Origin: Balanoglossus misakiensis
Lineage: Eukaryota; Animalia; Hemichordata
Length of the DNA: 64,000 nucleotides
Direction: 5' to 3'
NCBI GenBank assembly: GCA_040954595.2
Contig: CM082594.2
Coordinates: 3,829,319 to 3,893,318, forward strand
This document shows, piece after piece, positions 1 to 10,834 of the stretch. The first letter of the stretch is position 1. Every line of letters begins with the position of its first letter. Made by a program: the position numbers and the translations under genes. The notes under the pieces are model-generated. The model was not told where the DNA came from. It ran no database searches and saw only the letters and a program-made list of their open reading frames with translations.

Positions 1-160
1 GGTGTTTACATGTACACGTATACATGTATGAAAGTATTCAGTGAGACAATACAAGAGGTCATGTTAATATCACCAACAATACACAACTTGCACTACTTTA
101 TGTGATTGCAAAGCCTCATTATGTTCTTTTAATTCAATACTGTGAAGACTATCTACTCAC

Positions 161-222
161 TCAGTCCTAATTTATCTCCAATACCATACACGATTGCCGG
201 TCTGAGAATAATGTAGTTGAGC
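161..222 (-). CDS. SDR epimerase-family exon 8 (LNYIILRPAIVYGIGDKLGL); gene continues beyond the left edge
   Basis: CAG acceptor, GTGAGT donor; LRPxxVYG is a hallmark of extended SDRs. Confidence 0.9.
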
Positions 223-506
223 CTGCAAGTAGGGAACAGACTGATATTATCATATGTGTAAAGTTACAAGCATGTTAAAATGTTGACAAGTCAGCTTGCC
301 TGCGCAGACAACATGCATTTATGTAATAGTAGCTATGATACTTGCATAATGGGAAGTTACGGCTGAAAATGTTTATGATTTGATCAGAATTTTTCACATA
401 ACATTCTTCCCCATTAATACATTCAGCAAAATTCATCAAATTTAAAACCATTTTTTACAGCCAACCAGCAATCAATGAGATTTTGCGTTAGAAATTCCAT
501 ACTCAC

Positions 507-598
507 CCTTCAATTTTGGACAACTCTTTTTCTACTTCTAATTTATGCTTGGCTAGGTGAGTCCACGGTGATGTTTTTGAAGTTTCGGAGCTTGCTTT
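507..598 (-). CDS. SDR epimerase-family exon 7 (KASSETSKTSPWTHLAKHKLEVEKELSKIEG)
   Basis: TTTCAG acceptor, GTGAGT donor, 92 nt, phase-compatible. Confidence 0.9.
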
Positions 599-967
599 CT
601 GAAACAAGACAGTAAAAGAGTCAGTGTTATCATAATTAACAATGACAATTACTTGAGCGTAAGAAAACTGCAGAAAACATCTGTCAATACGAAAAAAAGT
701 ATGACTTTTATTCAAGAAACCAGACACTGAGAAGGACGAACCATGCAAGCTAACTTACATCAACAACAAATTACTGAATTCAGAAAAACTTCACTTTTCT
801 TACAATTCTTCTTTCCTTGTTTTGTTACATTTGTCATAATTTTCACCCACATAATAACATTACTATGCCTGACTGTAAAATTATGGTCATAAAATAGTAC
901 ATAAAAAGTGGCTTTGTGACAGGAAGTGATGCCACTGCATTTATATAACAGGAAGTGATGTCATCAC

Positions 968-1081
968 CTTGTCAGCGGAATAGACTTGGCCTGTTGAAAC
1001 TTCTACAAATAACTTGACTTTTCTTTTGGCAGCTTCTCTTGCACAATTCAGGCTCAGTTTCACAATGCCATCTTTGTAGAC
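968..1081 (-). CDS. SDR epimerase-family exon 6 (VYKDGIVKLSLNCAREAAKRKVKLFVEVSTGQVYSADK)
   Basis: CAG acceptor, GTGATG donor, 114 nt; FVEVSTGQVY matches the extended-SDR FVxxSS/TxxVY motif. Confidence 0.9.
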
Positions 1082-1991
1082 CTGCAAAGGAAAAGAAACG
1101 TGGTGTCTTAGTTGGCGCAAAAATGAACAGACCACTTTCATGACCCCTGTGTGACTTTACATCCTGACATTTTGTCGCTACGAGGTTACCATTTGGATGG
1201 TACTTAATGTGTGCACTCTAAGTCTAACTCTCCCCAGAACAAAAATTTGATTTTTGTCTGTTAGGATAAGGGTGAAAAGTTAAATTATGTATAATGTCAT
1301 AGCAGCTGAAATACACCAGGATGTAAGGTCAACCAGGGTTCACAAAAGTGGCATATTAATCTACCATATTATGCAAAACTTGGTAAGCTTCCTGTACTAT
1401 CATTTTACTCACTGGCAGTTACAGGCACACTCATACAACTTCCATTAGTGTGAACATCCTGAGACTTGACTGACTTTGCAACTACACAATCAATTCTATG
1501 GAAAACTTCTGCTTTTAAGAGCGAAGTTTTTTCAGTGGGTGGGATATTTCTGTTCTAGATCCCACTGTCCACAGTATTTTTTGACATTTTTATGTTGCAC
1601 TCAGACATATCCACGTGTACTTCCTTTTTGTTTTGACATAAAAAAATTCCAACATGTTTTGCAAGGGTTTGGGAAATATGTGTATTGACACATTGAAAAA
1701 TGTCATGATTTGCACCATTCTGTAGAAAAGAATAATACATGTCATATGTTAAAACCTCCTGAACAGGAAACCAAGTCAGAGTGTTATGTATTAATCCCAG
1801 GCACTCAGACACACACCCATGGTGACCTGTAACATCATTCAGACATTTCCTTCCCAATCGGGATACAATGGTTAATGTGTGTGCCTATATCTCTTAAATT
1901 TGTTGATAATGTATATACTGCAAAGTCAATTACAAATGCCAATTTTGATTAAAAAGAATGCAAGGTGTACAGCACAGTACATGTTACTCAC

Positions 1992-2083
1992 TGGCTCACT
2001 CTGTCCATATTTGGTCTCAGCAGCAAGATTGACGACAACATCAAAATCCCCATCGTCATCATGGAAACACCTCTCAACAGACG
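1992..2083 (-). CDS. SDR epimerase-family exon 5 (ASVERCFHDDDGDFDVVVNLAAETKYGQSEP)
   Basis: T-rich tract plus CAG acceptor, GTGAGT donor; SDR motif DVVVNLAA. Confidence 0.92.
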
Positions 2084-2204
2084 CTGAGAAAAAATATATA
2101 TATATATTTTAAAATATTCCATGCAAAGTCAATCATGACTGAAAGATTTCAGAATGCATTTGCAAAAAAAAACATGCAAAATATTTTTTAAATATTGCCG
2201 TTAC

Positions 2205-2253
2205 CTTGGTTGATAAGGTTAGCCGATTTGAATTCCACTTTTGAAAATGTTTC
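2205..2253 (-). CDS. SDR epimerase-family exon 4 (ETFSKVEFKSANLINQ)
   Basis: CAG acceptor, GTAACG donor, 49 nt, phase-compatible. Confidence 0.87.
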
Positions 2254-2416
2254 CTGCAAAGCAAGAATGATGAACCGATTAGGAATGATGACTATAAAAC
2301 AGAAGAACATAGTTAACAGCAAATTTGTCACAATAAGCAGCCTTCCATCCAATTCCAATGGACTTTTTTAGACAAATCTAAATTAACAAAATTGAAAAAA
2401 AAAATTGCTGACTTAC

Positions 2417-2473
2417 TTTGTGTTGACTGTTCATCCATGCAGTTTGTGGTGGGACCTTATCAGAAACTCGAAT
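2417..2473 (-). CDS. SDR epimerase-family exon 3 (IRVSDKVPPQTAWMNSQHK)
   Basis: Polypyrimidine tract plus CAG acceptor, GTAAGT donor, 57 nt; beta2 strand ends in Asp, typical of NAD preference. Confidence 0.88.
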
Positions 2474-2717
2474 CTGAGAGAAGAAATGAAACACACTTTG
2501 AATTTATTTTCTGTTTCTTTTTTAAAGAGACTGAGTGAAAACCAAGAAGAAATATATTATCAACTAATGTGACTATTCACTGAGACTTTACAGAGAGCTA
2601 CACCAGCACTTTGTTGTTGATATGGCAAAATGACAAGGTGGGGTATTTTGACATGTCAAAAATGTGAATCCCTGAATAAACACAATAACCATATCTGTGA
2701 CCTAAAGAAAAACTCAC

Positions 2718-2779
2718 CTTTGAAGTAAGATCATTATTGATGAGATAGTCTACAAGGTTGCGTCCAATAAACCCAACAC
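2718..2779 (-). CDS. SDR epimerase-family exon 2 (GVGFIGRNLVDYLINNDLTSK)
   Basis: CAG acceptor, GTGAGT donor; completes GxxGxxG; 62 nt restores phase 0. Confidence 0.92.
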
Positions 2780-3429
2780 CTGCATGTGAGCAACAGAGAC
2801 ATGTAAAAGGAACATCCAAAATAAATCATGGATGTATAATTACAACAATATAACTTTTTTATAAGACAGTCCCTAAACTGGGCCTAGTTACATTGTGGTG
2901 TCCGCCAGAACAAGATGGTATCTCTGCATATTCATGACAGTCCACATGTAAACCTACGGAGAACATGCATCCATCAGATACCAACTTTATGAATGCCAGG
3001 GGCCTGGGGTGACACGCCCCTTCCCAATACATGATGTAGCTATAACACCCCCCCCCCCCCTCCACAACTGCACAACATAGACCTCAGCTCAAACGGTTGG
3101 TACTTTATTTACGGTTTGAAAAATCCTTCATGCAGTGCATCTATACCACTGACCACTTACTCCCCAAAGACAGAAGTAGAAGCTGCAGCCGACCATTACA
3201 AATACAACGGTGCAAATTACATCGAAACAGGAAGTAGTAAATGAAAGTTATTTCGAATGCACTTCATGTTCTATGCCCGACACTCGCCGACCCGACACTG
3301 GAATAAAACCTGGCAACGCCCATTCCCCTTGAAAGCCGGCAAATTCTATTAGTACCGCTAGCAAAGTGAGTTCTTGCCATGGCTCCAACAGGTGGCCCAG
3401 TCGCATGCTATACTCATGTATACACTTAC

Positions 3430-3469
3430 CTCCAAGGATCAACACCCGCGGCTTTTCGGCGGACGCCAT
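3430..3469 (-). CDS. Extended/atypical SDR (NAD-dependent epimerase/dehydratase family), coding exon 1 (MASAEKPRVLILG)
   Basis: ATG in AAGATGGCG context; GTAAGT donor after 3430; phase 1 joins exon 2 to give the Rossmann motif GGVGFIG. Confidence 0.9.
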
Positions 3470-4710
3470 CTTGGTAAACGCTCCCCTTAGCTCTTTCATA
3501 ATTCAGACCTCGCTGGAGATGTGAAATTTAAGTCTCCAAATCCATAACCGGCAATAAGCCCCCAAGAAACTGCTGTATCTGTATTTCAACACTGGAAATC
3601 GAAACCAATGAGTAACGATACTCTTTGTAACGATTTACGGCCCACAGGTGACATTTCATTGGATGCAAGGATCGCCAGTGAGCTAGGGAGTACACTCTAA
3701 ATCCTAAACACACGTGTGTTATTGACATGCAACATAAAATGAAATCTGTTTGTGTTTAGTTTCCACAATGTCACGTTTGTTCTATAAGTGCGTTAAATTA
3801 TGTTTTGCTTAGCAGTATTTTTGTTATGGTTGTTGACATCAAATTTTATTCAGGGGAACGCCCTCAAACCTACACCCGTACCAGTGTTTCAAGTTCCTTC
3901 TTGAACACACGCGTAGGCCTACTTTTACTTTTTAAAAACCCTTTTACATGTACCGTGTTTATCCACTTCTTGTGCATAAACATAAACACGCCCGTTTCCA
4001 CAGCACAGAATTGATATTTTTATTAAACGCGTGGACATTGAATTATTTGAGTAAAAATCAGAAGAAATGTGCGCGTGCCATCCAAAGAACTTACACAACA
4101 TTGACTTTGACCACAAAAAAGTCACAGACTGAAAACTGCCACTTTAAAATATATCAGCCACAAGATAACAGGACATTGTCCCTCCCAGGCCTATTGAACA
4201 AATTATTGAGGTTGAAACATTTTTATCACCAGTCGTATCACTTTGAAAGTTTTTAGGTGTGTTTAATGTGTGTATATTTGATCACCATCACCCCCTCTAT
4301 AAACTATGCCCTCATGAAATTGACATAAAAACAGACAAACTACGTGAACGTATCAACTAATATTTTTCATATCTTTTTGTTGGCAACTTGTACATGTATA
4401 TCATGCGTGACCACGGTCCCTCGACACACGTGTGGAGGGACTGGGTCTGTGGTGTGGAAAAGTTTAACCTGTGAGCAAAGTGAGCAGTGCTTTTCCTTTC
4501 ATCCCATTTACCTAGGCCTCGCCCATTTCAACCGTCGGTGGCGCAGTACTGTATAACCGGGGGTTACCCTGTGAAATGGCACATGAGAAAAGATCACAGG
4601 CACATGAGAATAGTATTCTGCCACACTACTCAGACACATATAGTAAGCCTGCAATTGAATGGAGTTAAAAAACCGCCCACGCAAAGTTCACATCCAAGTG
4701 GTCCAAACAA

Positions 4711-4833
4711 TCTGCAACGCAAGTCTGGTTCCCTGCCCCAATCCCACCGCTGGCTGCGCTACGCTTTCCCTTTAGCGTAGCGCAGCCAGTGCGGCGGTGG
4801 GATTGGGGCAGGGAACCAGACTATCTGCAACGC
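4711..4833. mobile_element. About 103-bp palindromic MITE (4721-4823) with a 10-bp target-site duplication TCTGCAACGC
   Basis: Arm AGTCTGGTTCCCTGCCCCAATCCCACCGC-TGGCTGCGCTACGCT pairs with its reverse complement around a short loop; TCTGCAACGC at 4711-4720 and 4824-4833. Confidence 0.85.
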
Positions 4834-5240
4834 CTACAAAATCAGAGTGGTGATAATTTACCAGGGTACTGATAATTTACATGATTCCCGGAAATGCGCT
4901 GAATTCTGCATTTTCGGAATAGAGGAAGTGGCTGATTTGTGACGAAGTACACGACACTCTTTGTCACAGCGATAAACAGAGTACGTGTGCATTTGATGTA
5001 CCGAAAACAAGAAACTGTAGGCACTGCAAGTCGACAATGGAAAACGTTTTTGCGCATGAAGCAGTGTGGTACTATTGACAGACAAAAGTACTGCCGAAAT
5101 ACAGTACAAAGTACACCCCCTTTTCTATGACCATGAATCAGGTGAATAGAGGAGGTCATGGGACTATCACATGGTGGCTGTTGCCTATGACATCACTCTA
5201 CTTTAAATAACTCAATGGACTTTCCGAGTCCAGCGTCTGA

Positions 5241-5251
5241 TGCGCACGCGC
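5241..5251. promoter_or_regulatory. NRF1-like site TGCGCACGCGC in the CpG-rich region upstream of Shisa-like gene A
   Basis: Matches YGCGCAYGCGC about 125 bp upstream of ATG 5373. Confidence 0.35.
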
Positions 5252-5372
5252 CGTTGACTCGGCGCACGGACGGAAGACACACGCAAGGGTACTATAGTAG
5301 ACACCTAGTTTGTTACGGTTACAACGCAACCCGGGACAGCATACATCCTTGCAATTTAAACTACACGACAAA

Positions 5373-5430
5373 ATGGCTGTAAGGAACATTCTTGTACCAG
5401 CAATAGTGCTGTTGTTGAACATTGCCTACG
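5373..5430 (+). CDS. Shisa-like single-pass membrane protein A, exon 1 (signal peptide MAVRNILVPAIVLLLNIAYG)
   Basis: CGACAAAATG start context and TACG|GTAGGT donor, both identical to the paralog's exon 1; same 58-nt length. Confidence 0.85.
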
Positions 5431-6282
5431 GTAGGTTGCTTTATGTATCATCAAAGGTGTGATATGTGTATTTGGAGGAGCCGTTTCCTCAAAACTATAT
5501 GTTCAAATATCATAACAGTGTTCTTATTAATGCTTCAACGCTTTTATTATAAAGACATTGGTGTCGGGATAAGAAGGACAGATATTCGCTGTAACAGTTC
5601 GGGTCCTTGAACTGAGATAGCAACTCCTATGTGTATGAAGCAGTGAGGGACATATTCATACTATCTCACGTCCGATGTCGCGTGTTTGTTTTAAGTTTAT
5701 AAAAGTTATACTTTGAAATCCGGCTACAGCGTGAAATTGGTATTTCGGTATGACGAACCGAAAGAAGCATTGTTGAATGTAGCATATCTATCACCAAAAC
5801 AATGCGGGCATCATACTTCCTCTTTTTGATGTGGAGTTTCAATGTTCGACGCAGAGAGTTTTTTTGTTCGAAAGCAGCACGTAAATAATTGTATTGGGTA
5901 CAACACACGTGCATCGGATGAAGTTTCGAAAACTATGCTTCCTCAATAATCTTGATAAGTGTTCAAAGGTGGAAAACATGTTAGTTCTTTTTAAAAAGTG
6001 TAAAATTAAAATGTGGAAAAATGGTGGAACTTGTAATTCCGACGGCATGTAGATACGGCGGGCGGAGACGCTGGGCAAAATAAAATAGTTTTGACGCCAC
6101 TATTTTACCAAAATGGGCCTATGGAACCCACTGACAAACCAACATGGCCAGAGCGCAGTATAGTCGATCAAAAGGGCCTGAGAAAGTGAATGTAAGCCTA
6201 TTAATAATGTTCTACAATGAGAACGTGCATCAATCCAAATTTACCATTTTGACCCAGACCGTTGAGCCAAACGAGCTCCTGT

Positions 6283-6292
6283 GTCACGTGAC
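6283..6292. promoter_or_regulatory. Perfect CLEAR/USF-type palindrome GTCACGTGAC in intron 1 of gene A
   Basis: Exact match to the MiT/TFE CLEAR consensus; function untested. Confidence 0.4.
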
Positions 6293-6413
6293 TTATTCTG
6301 GGGAAGTGAAACGCGCTATATTTTGCAATCTTTCACTACGGTAATTTTAATTAGTTTGCACCAACAAATTAAATACAAATCATTTACCGATGGCATCTTA
6401 TGTCTTCTTAAAG

Positions 6414-6549
6414 GCACGGCTTACAACTGTCCGGAGGACTATCCCTTCCCGTCATGCCCCCGACTTCTAGATGAACCTACAGACACCGTATGCTGTGTTA
6501 CTTACACGGACACGGGCAAAGATTATCACTGCTGTGACGAGTCATTGGC
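6414..6549 (+). CDS. Shisa-like protein A, exon 2 (six-Cys ectodomain CPEDYPFPSCPRLLDEPTDTVCC..YHCC)
   Basis: AAG acceptor, GTAAGT donor, phase 1 to 2; C-C-CC-CC pattern shared with the paralog. Confidence 0.88.
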
Positions 6550-7274
6550 GTAAGTAATGTCAACAAAACTGATCAAGTGATCGACCACGAGTATTCAAAT
6601 CTGATTATTCATTTCTGCAAACGAAATATTGGTAATTACATGCAACAATATTGCTGTGCGTTCACAGGACAACCTTTAGGGTTGTACGTGATTTTTACGA
6701 GACGAGCGGCACCCTAAAATACACAACTAATAATCTTGTACTTGGGCGTTCTTGTCCAATTCTCTCTTTTAGAAATTATTCAGTAAAACTATTCTGACGT
6801 TGTAAATACATATACCGTTGATATCAACCGTATCTCGGAATTATTTGGTTATGCATGGCTGTTCGTATTTGGCGAAAGCCGTATAGGCCTACCACATGGC
6901 ATTGATTTTCAACAATTATGATCCATGATGCAAATGACATAATTCATGAACTTTCACCCTGTCAGCCAAGTGTAGTCATATGTATTACCCAATTTATTTC
7001 CCCGAGAGACAAATAATTGAAAGAAGCGGAGGTGATTTTCGTCAAAAATACGAGCTGCGATGTAAGGTTAAATTTTATGCCAGGTATTAAAGTCTCGACA
7101 GCATTTCGGTTACCCAAACTGCTTCCCGGTGTCACAAATTACTTCCTGCACGCAAAGCAGTCTGGGTAACCACCAGTCTAGAACATTGTGCCTGAATCGT
7201 TAAGAACACCGTCGACTACTGAAAGACCTTTGGCCGGGGTGTAAACACTGCTCTTTTTCTCTCTCATTTCACAG

Positions 7275-7410
7275 TGTCTGGGCGATAGTGCTGATTGTCC
7301 TCGTCTGCTTACTCCTCATCGCCGCCTTAGTTGGAATCTGCGCCTGTTGCTGCGGCTTCTGCGCATGCCTCGCCGGATGCTGCAAACAGTCGACTTACCA
7401 ATCAGTGTAA
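7275..7410 (+). CDS. Shisa-like protein A, exon 3 (TM helix, Cys cluster, tail ending KQSTYQSV*)
   Basis: Long polypyrimidine tract plus ACAG; VWAIVLIVLVCLLLIAALVGICACCCGFCACLAGCC; TAA at 7408-7410; AATAAA at 7832. Confidence 0.9.
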
Positions 7411-8610
7411 AGCAATCGCAGAACTTGTCAAGAAGCGGGCAAATGTTGGATTAAGTCATTTACATGGACAAGGGATTGTGTTTTATGAAAACTGACTACA
7501 TTTGTTGTTATATTTTGTTTAGCGTGATGAGATAGTGGTTTTATATTGTCCTTGCATCAGAGATTAAATTTGTTCTTTTACATCTCGGCTTCCTCCTAAG
7601 ATGTTTCATGTTGGCCGAACATTATGACATGGAACTATACAAACAATGTACAGGGATGGCTTAATTGTGCTGTGGCCGTGTTTTTGTCATGTCAAGAGGC
7701 CGCATCCGCCGTAATATTTTTACAGCATTCAAGTTACTTGAAATCACGTTATATTTCTTTTACTAAATCTGCACTCGGAAGCGGAATTTCTCTAGAAATC
7801 GTGTTTTTTATGTTTTCCGACTGTGGACTTGAATAAATTATCAGCCATGACTTTTGAAAAGCCTATAGAATTGTAATGACCATGATGTTAAAGTTAATTG
7901 AGTGTTCGACTCGAAATAATTAGTCACCGGGTCGAAAAGGAAACAGTCTACTTTAAGAGGATTTTTTTCACTCTGGCGTCCTCCTTTAGTTTTTGGAAGA
8001 TATGCTTTCCAGTATGACCAACTTCATGTATAACACACTCGATTTTTAAAGATAAAAAGATACTAAACCCACGTTTTAACCAACGACATGTAAAGAGTAC
8101 TCTTGTTTTTGATACACAGAATTAAAGAGCTGTGAATACCATCAGAAGTTGCCTCAGCGAGTGCACATAAAGACGGACGAACGACCAGAACTTGCCCACA
8201 CGAAAATGGACATCAATGCGGGGGAAAAGCGTTCAGTTGCCGCGTACAATGAGGCCACACTTGTTAATTGAATCACCCGGTTACTCATAATCATACTAGC
8301 GTAAAATTAATGGTAGTGGGCGCTGGGCGCGGGTGCAATGACATTAAGAGTTGAAGGTCAACAGGTCAAGCTTGGGCCTACTGCGAGTGGTCGGTTTGAT
8401 TCTCCGTTTGTAGTCTCTCTAACGCACAATGCTGTGTACAGATCCAGAACACGATTCTTTTGGTTTTAACAACCTCCATATAGAAGGGTAATAATGTTTT
8501 AACTTCCTACGACACAGACCTTCTTCCGAGTGCGGCGGAAGGGCCTAGCGAAAGAGTGCGAAAGTTGTCCCACGCCCTTCCTTTTTGTGAGCTGAGGTCA
8601 CGAGACTGCC

Positions 8611-8620
8611 GTCACGTGAC
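8611..8620. promoter_or_regulatory. Perfect CLEAR/USF-type palindrome GTCACGTGAC in the proximal promoter of gene B
   Basis: About 140-150 bp upstream of ATG 8762; near-match GTCACGAGAC just upstream (about 8597); TTTATA at about 8643. Confidence 0.5.
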
Positions 8621-8761
8621 AGTGAGCGCTGTCAAAATAACTTTTATACGTGATTTCGTCGAGCCCCGTGTCTATGTGTTGTGTTTACACTGTGTTGTCG
8701 GACCAATTTGAGCAAAAACTGAGCTCCAACTTTCAAATTTCGCGACCAATTTTCCGACAAA

Positions 8762-8819
8762 ATGAGCCTGAAAAGCATTCTTGCGTTGACAGTAATGGTG
8801 TCGGTGTGCTTCGACTACG
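8762..8819 (+). CDS. Shisa-like single-pass membrane protein B, exon 1 (signal peptide MSLKSILALTVMVSVCFDYG)
   Basis: CGACAAAATG context, GTAGGT donor, 58 nt, phase 1. Confidence 0.85.
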
Positions 8820-9712
8820 GTAGGTGCAATAATCATTGGGGTCTTTAATTAATGACGCAGTTTATTCAACACGTTGGTCTCTTAGAGTCTGCCTTGAAAG
8901 TAACGTACTGTCAATTACAGTGGATTGTTACATGTTTGCGCTTAACTTCAAAAACTACAGTACTTGTACATGTATGTGGCTATCTCGTAGGTTGTCGCAC
9001 CATAAATGCCCGACTAGTGCTCCCCTCCCACTTGACCTAAAAAGAATCAGAAATCACGGCAACACGAAAGTAAAAGCCCGTCACAAATGGCGTTTTCTGG
9101 TCGTCTATACACATTATTGTACACTTGCTGGTGAAAGTGTCGCCAATATATGTCATGGTAGTTATTGCCGGTTGTTGAGTTGCGGAACTATGCGCGCTTG
9201 GGTTCGGTTGGTAACCACTTTCTTCACAATTGAATTCATTTTACTGCTTGGGGTCGAGACGAGATTAGTACGCACAATGCCCTTGTATTTCAAAACCTAA
9301 ACAAGTTGACCCATTCCTAAGGAGAACGATACCCAAAACGGTGATCGATACAGGAAAGTACATGTAAGCGTTGAATTTGAACAGGCAGGGTGATGTTTAT
9401 ACGGGTCAGTGAGTGACCCGGAATGACCCCTGGACACTTGACCTGACTTGACCTGTATGACGCTCATCAAACATTGGGCGGAAAATAGCAACCCAATCGC
9501 ACATAAGCATACATTGTCAGAGTCTCAATAGAGAATCCCTTATATCATCACCCTTTCAAACAATGACACTTTATGCTTTTTATCAAATACTTAGAGTTTC
9601 CAACACTTATCTCTACGAGCAGTTCAAATAGAAAAGCGGCCATAACGAGCCAAACAAAACCGCTTTGCATATAATAATATCCTACAAGGAAAAAATTACA
9701 TATACACCTTAG

Positions 9713-9759
9713 TGACTGACTGACTGACTTGTTGGTTGAATTGGTCGGTTGGGTGATTA

Positions 9760-9794
<35 letters not shown>
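9713..9794. repeat. Compound (GACT)n/(GGTT)n/(GATT)n tetranucleotide microsatellite
   Basis: Directly visible. Confidence 0.85.
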
Positions 9795-9840
9795 ACATGT
9801 ATTTATGACTGTTCTCAACATGAAATAAATCTCTTCACAG

Positions 9841-10036
9841 GTATGTCCTCAAGTCGTTGTCCTCCCAATTACCCCTTCCCATCATGCCCTCGTGACACAG
9901 ACAAGCCATCTGAAACGGAGTGCTGCGCAACCCACGCGCATCCTGGACCTCCACGTTACCAATGCTGTGAACCCGAAGGACCTACACCTAAACCACATCA
10001 TAAACCTACAGCAGAACCACACCATGGCGCGTTTAC
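9841..10036 (+). CDS. Shisa-like protein B, exon 2 (CPPNYPFPSCPRDTDKPSETECC..YQCC plus a Pro/His-rich stalk)
   Basis: CTCTTCACAG acceptor, GTAAGT donor, phase 1 to 2; paralogous to 6414-6549. Confidence 0.9.
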
Positions 10037-10834
10037 GTAAGTATATATTCATCAAAGTCACTCCTAGAATGGTTGAAGCAATGATCATGTCAAGTAAAAG
10101 CAATTTACGCTTTAGTGGTATGCCCGCTCTCACTGGCGGTACGAAAGATTGCAACCGTAGTGGCAGCCTTGCCAAATACAAAACTATCTTGCAAACCAAC
10201 CGATAACAATTATTTGTCCATTCAACAACGCCGCCAAGGGAGAAGAAACTGAACTAGCTCTAACCACAGCGGGCGCTGTGCTACCCAGCCAAAACACATG
10301 ATACACGTGTGTTGCATTCTGTACAGGAAAATACAGTATTTTATCACTGTTTTAATCCTAGAGCGCCAATTTTAGTGACGTTGACAACACCATTTTCCCG
10401 ATCGATAAAAGGGAATTCAAGGTAAATGCTGTGCGAAACAACGTTGTCTCTAGAGATTCTTCAACAAGGCGAATAAAAAGTTTGCAACGGCTAATTGTAT
10501 TTCTACATGTGGCAGTTCATATCAAGCTTAGTGATAACTCCCCGAATCATGCGATTTTCATGACAACTATTTTGCATCGCGTTCATTCCCCTCCACCCGT
10601 TTCAAAGAGTTTAAAATAAACTACTTAAAGGTGTACGATAACCTGTGAAATTAAACCGCTGTTACCATGAACACTTGAATTAAAGCCAATCACATGTTCT
10701 GTGGATGTCAGGCATATGTAAATTAGAGGTGACCGAATATTTTAAAGAGCGTTGACATGGTGCCACTCGATTGTCGACTCTGTGTTTGTCGCGAATTTAT
10801 GACATGTATTCTTCTTTTTGACATTTCGCTATAG

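Noticed and set aside
8537-8586. GGAAGGGC..GCCCTTCC stem followed by a T-run (Pol III RNA-like)
   Set aside because: No A/B boxes or tRNA/snRNA structure; an 8-bp stem can arise by chance
8836-9300. 154-aa plus-strand ORF
   Set aside because: Lies in intron 1 of gene B, starts at a non-ATG codon, and has no recognisable domain
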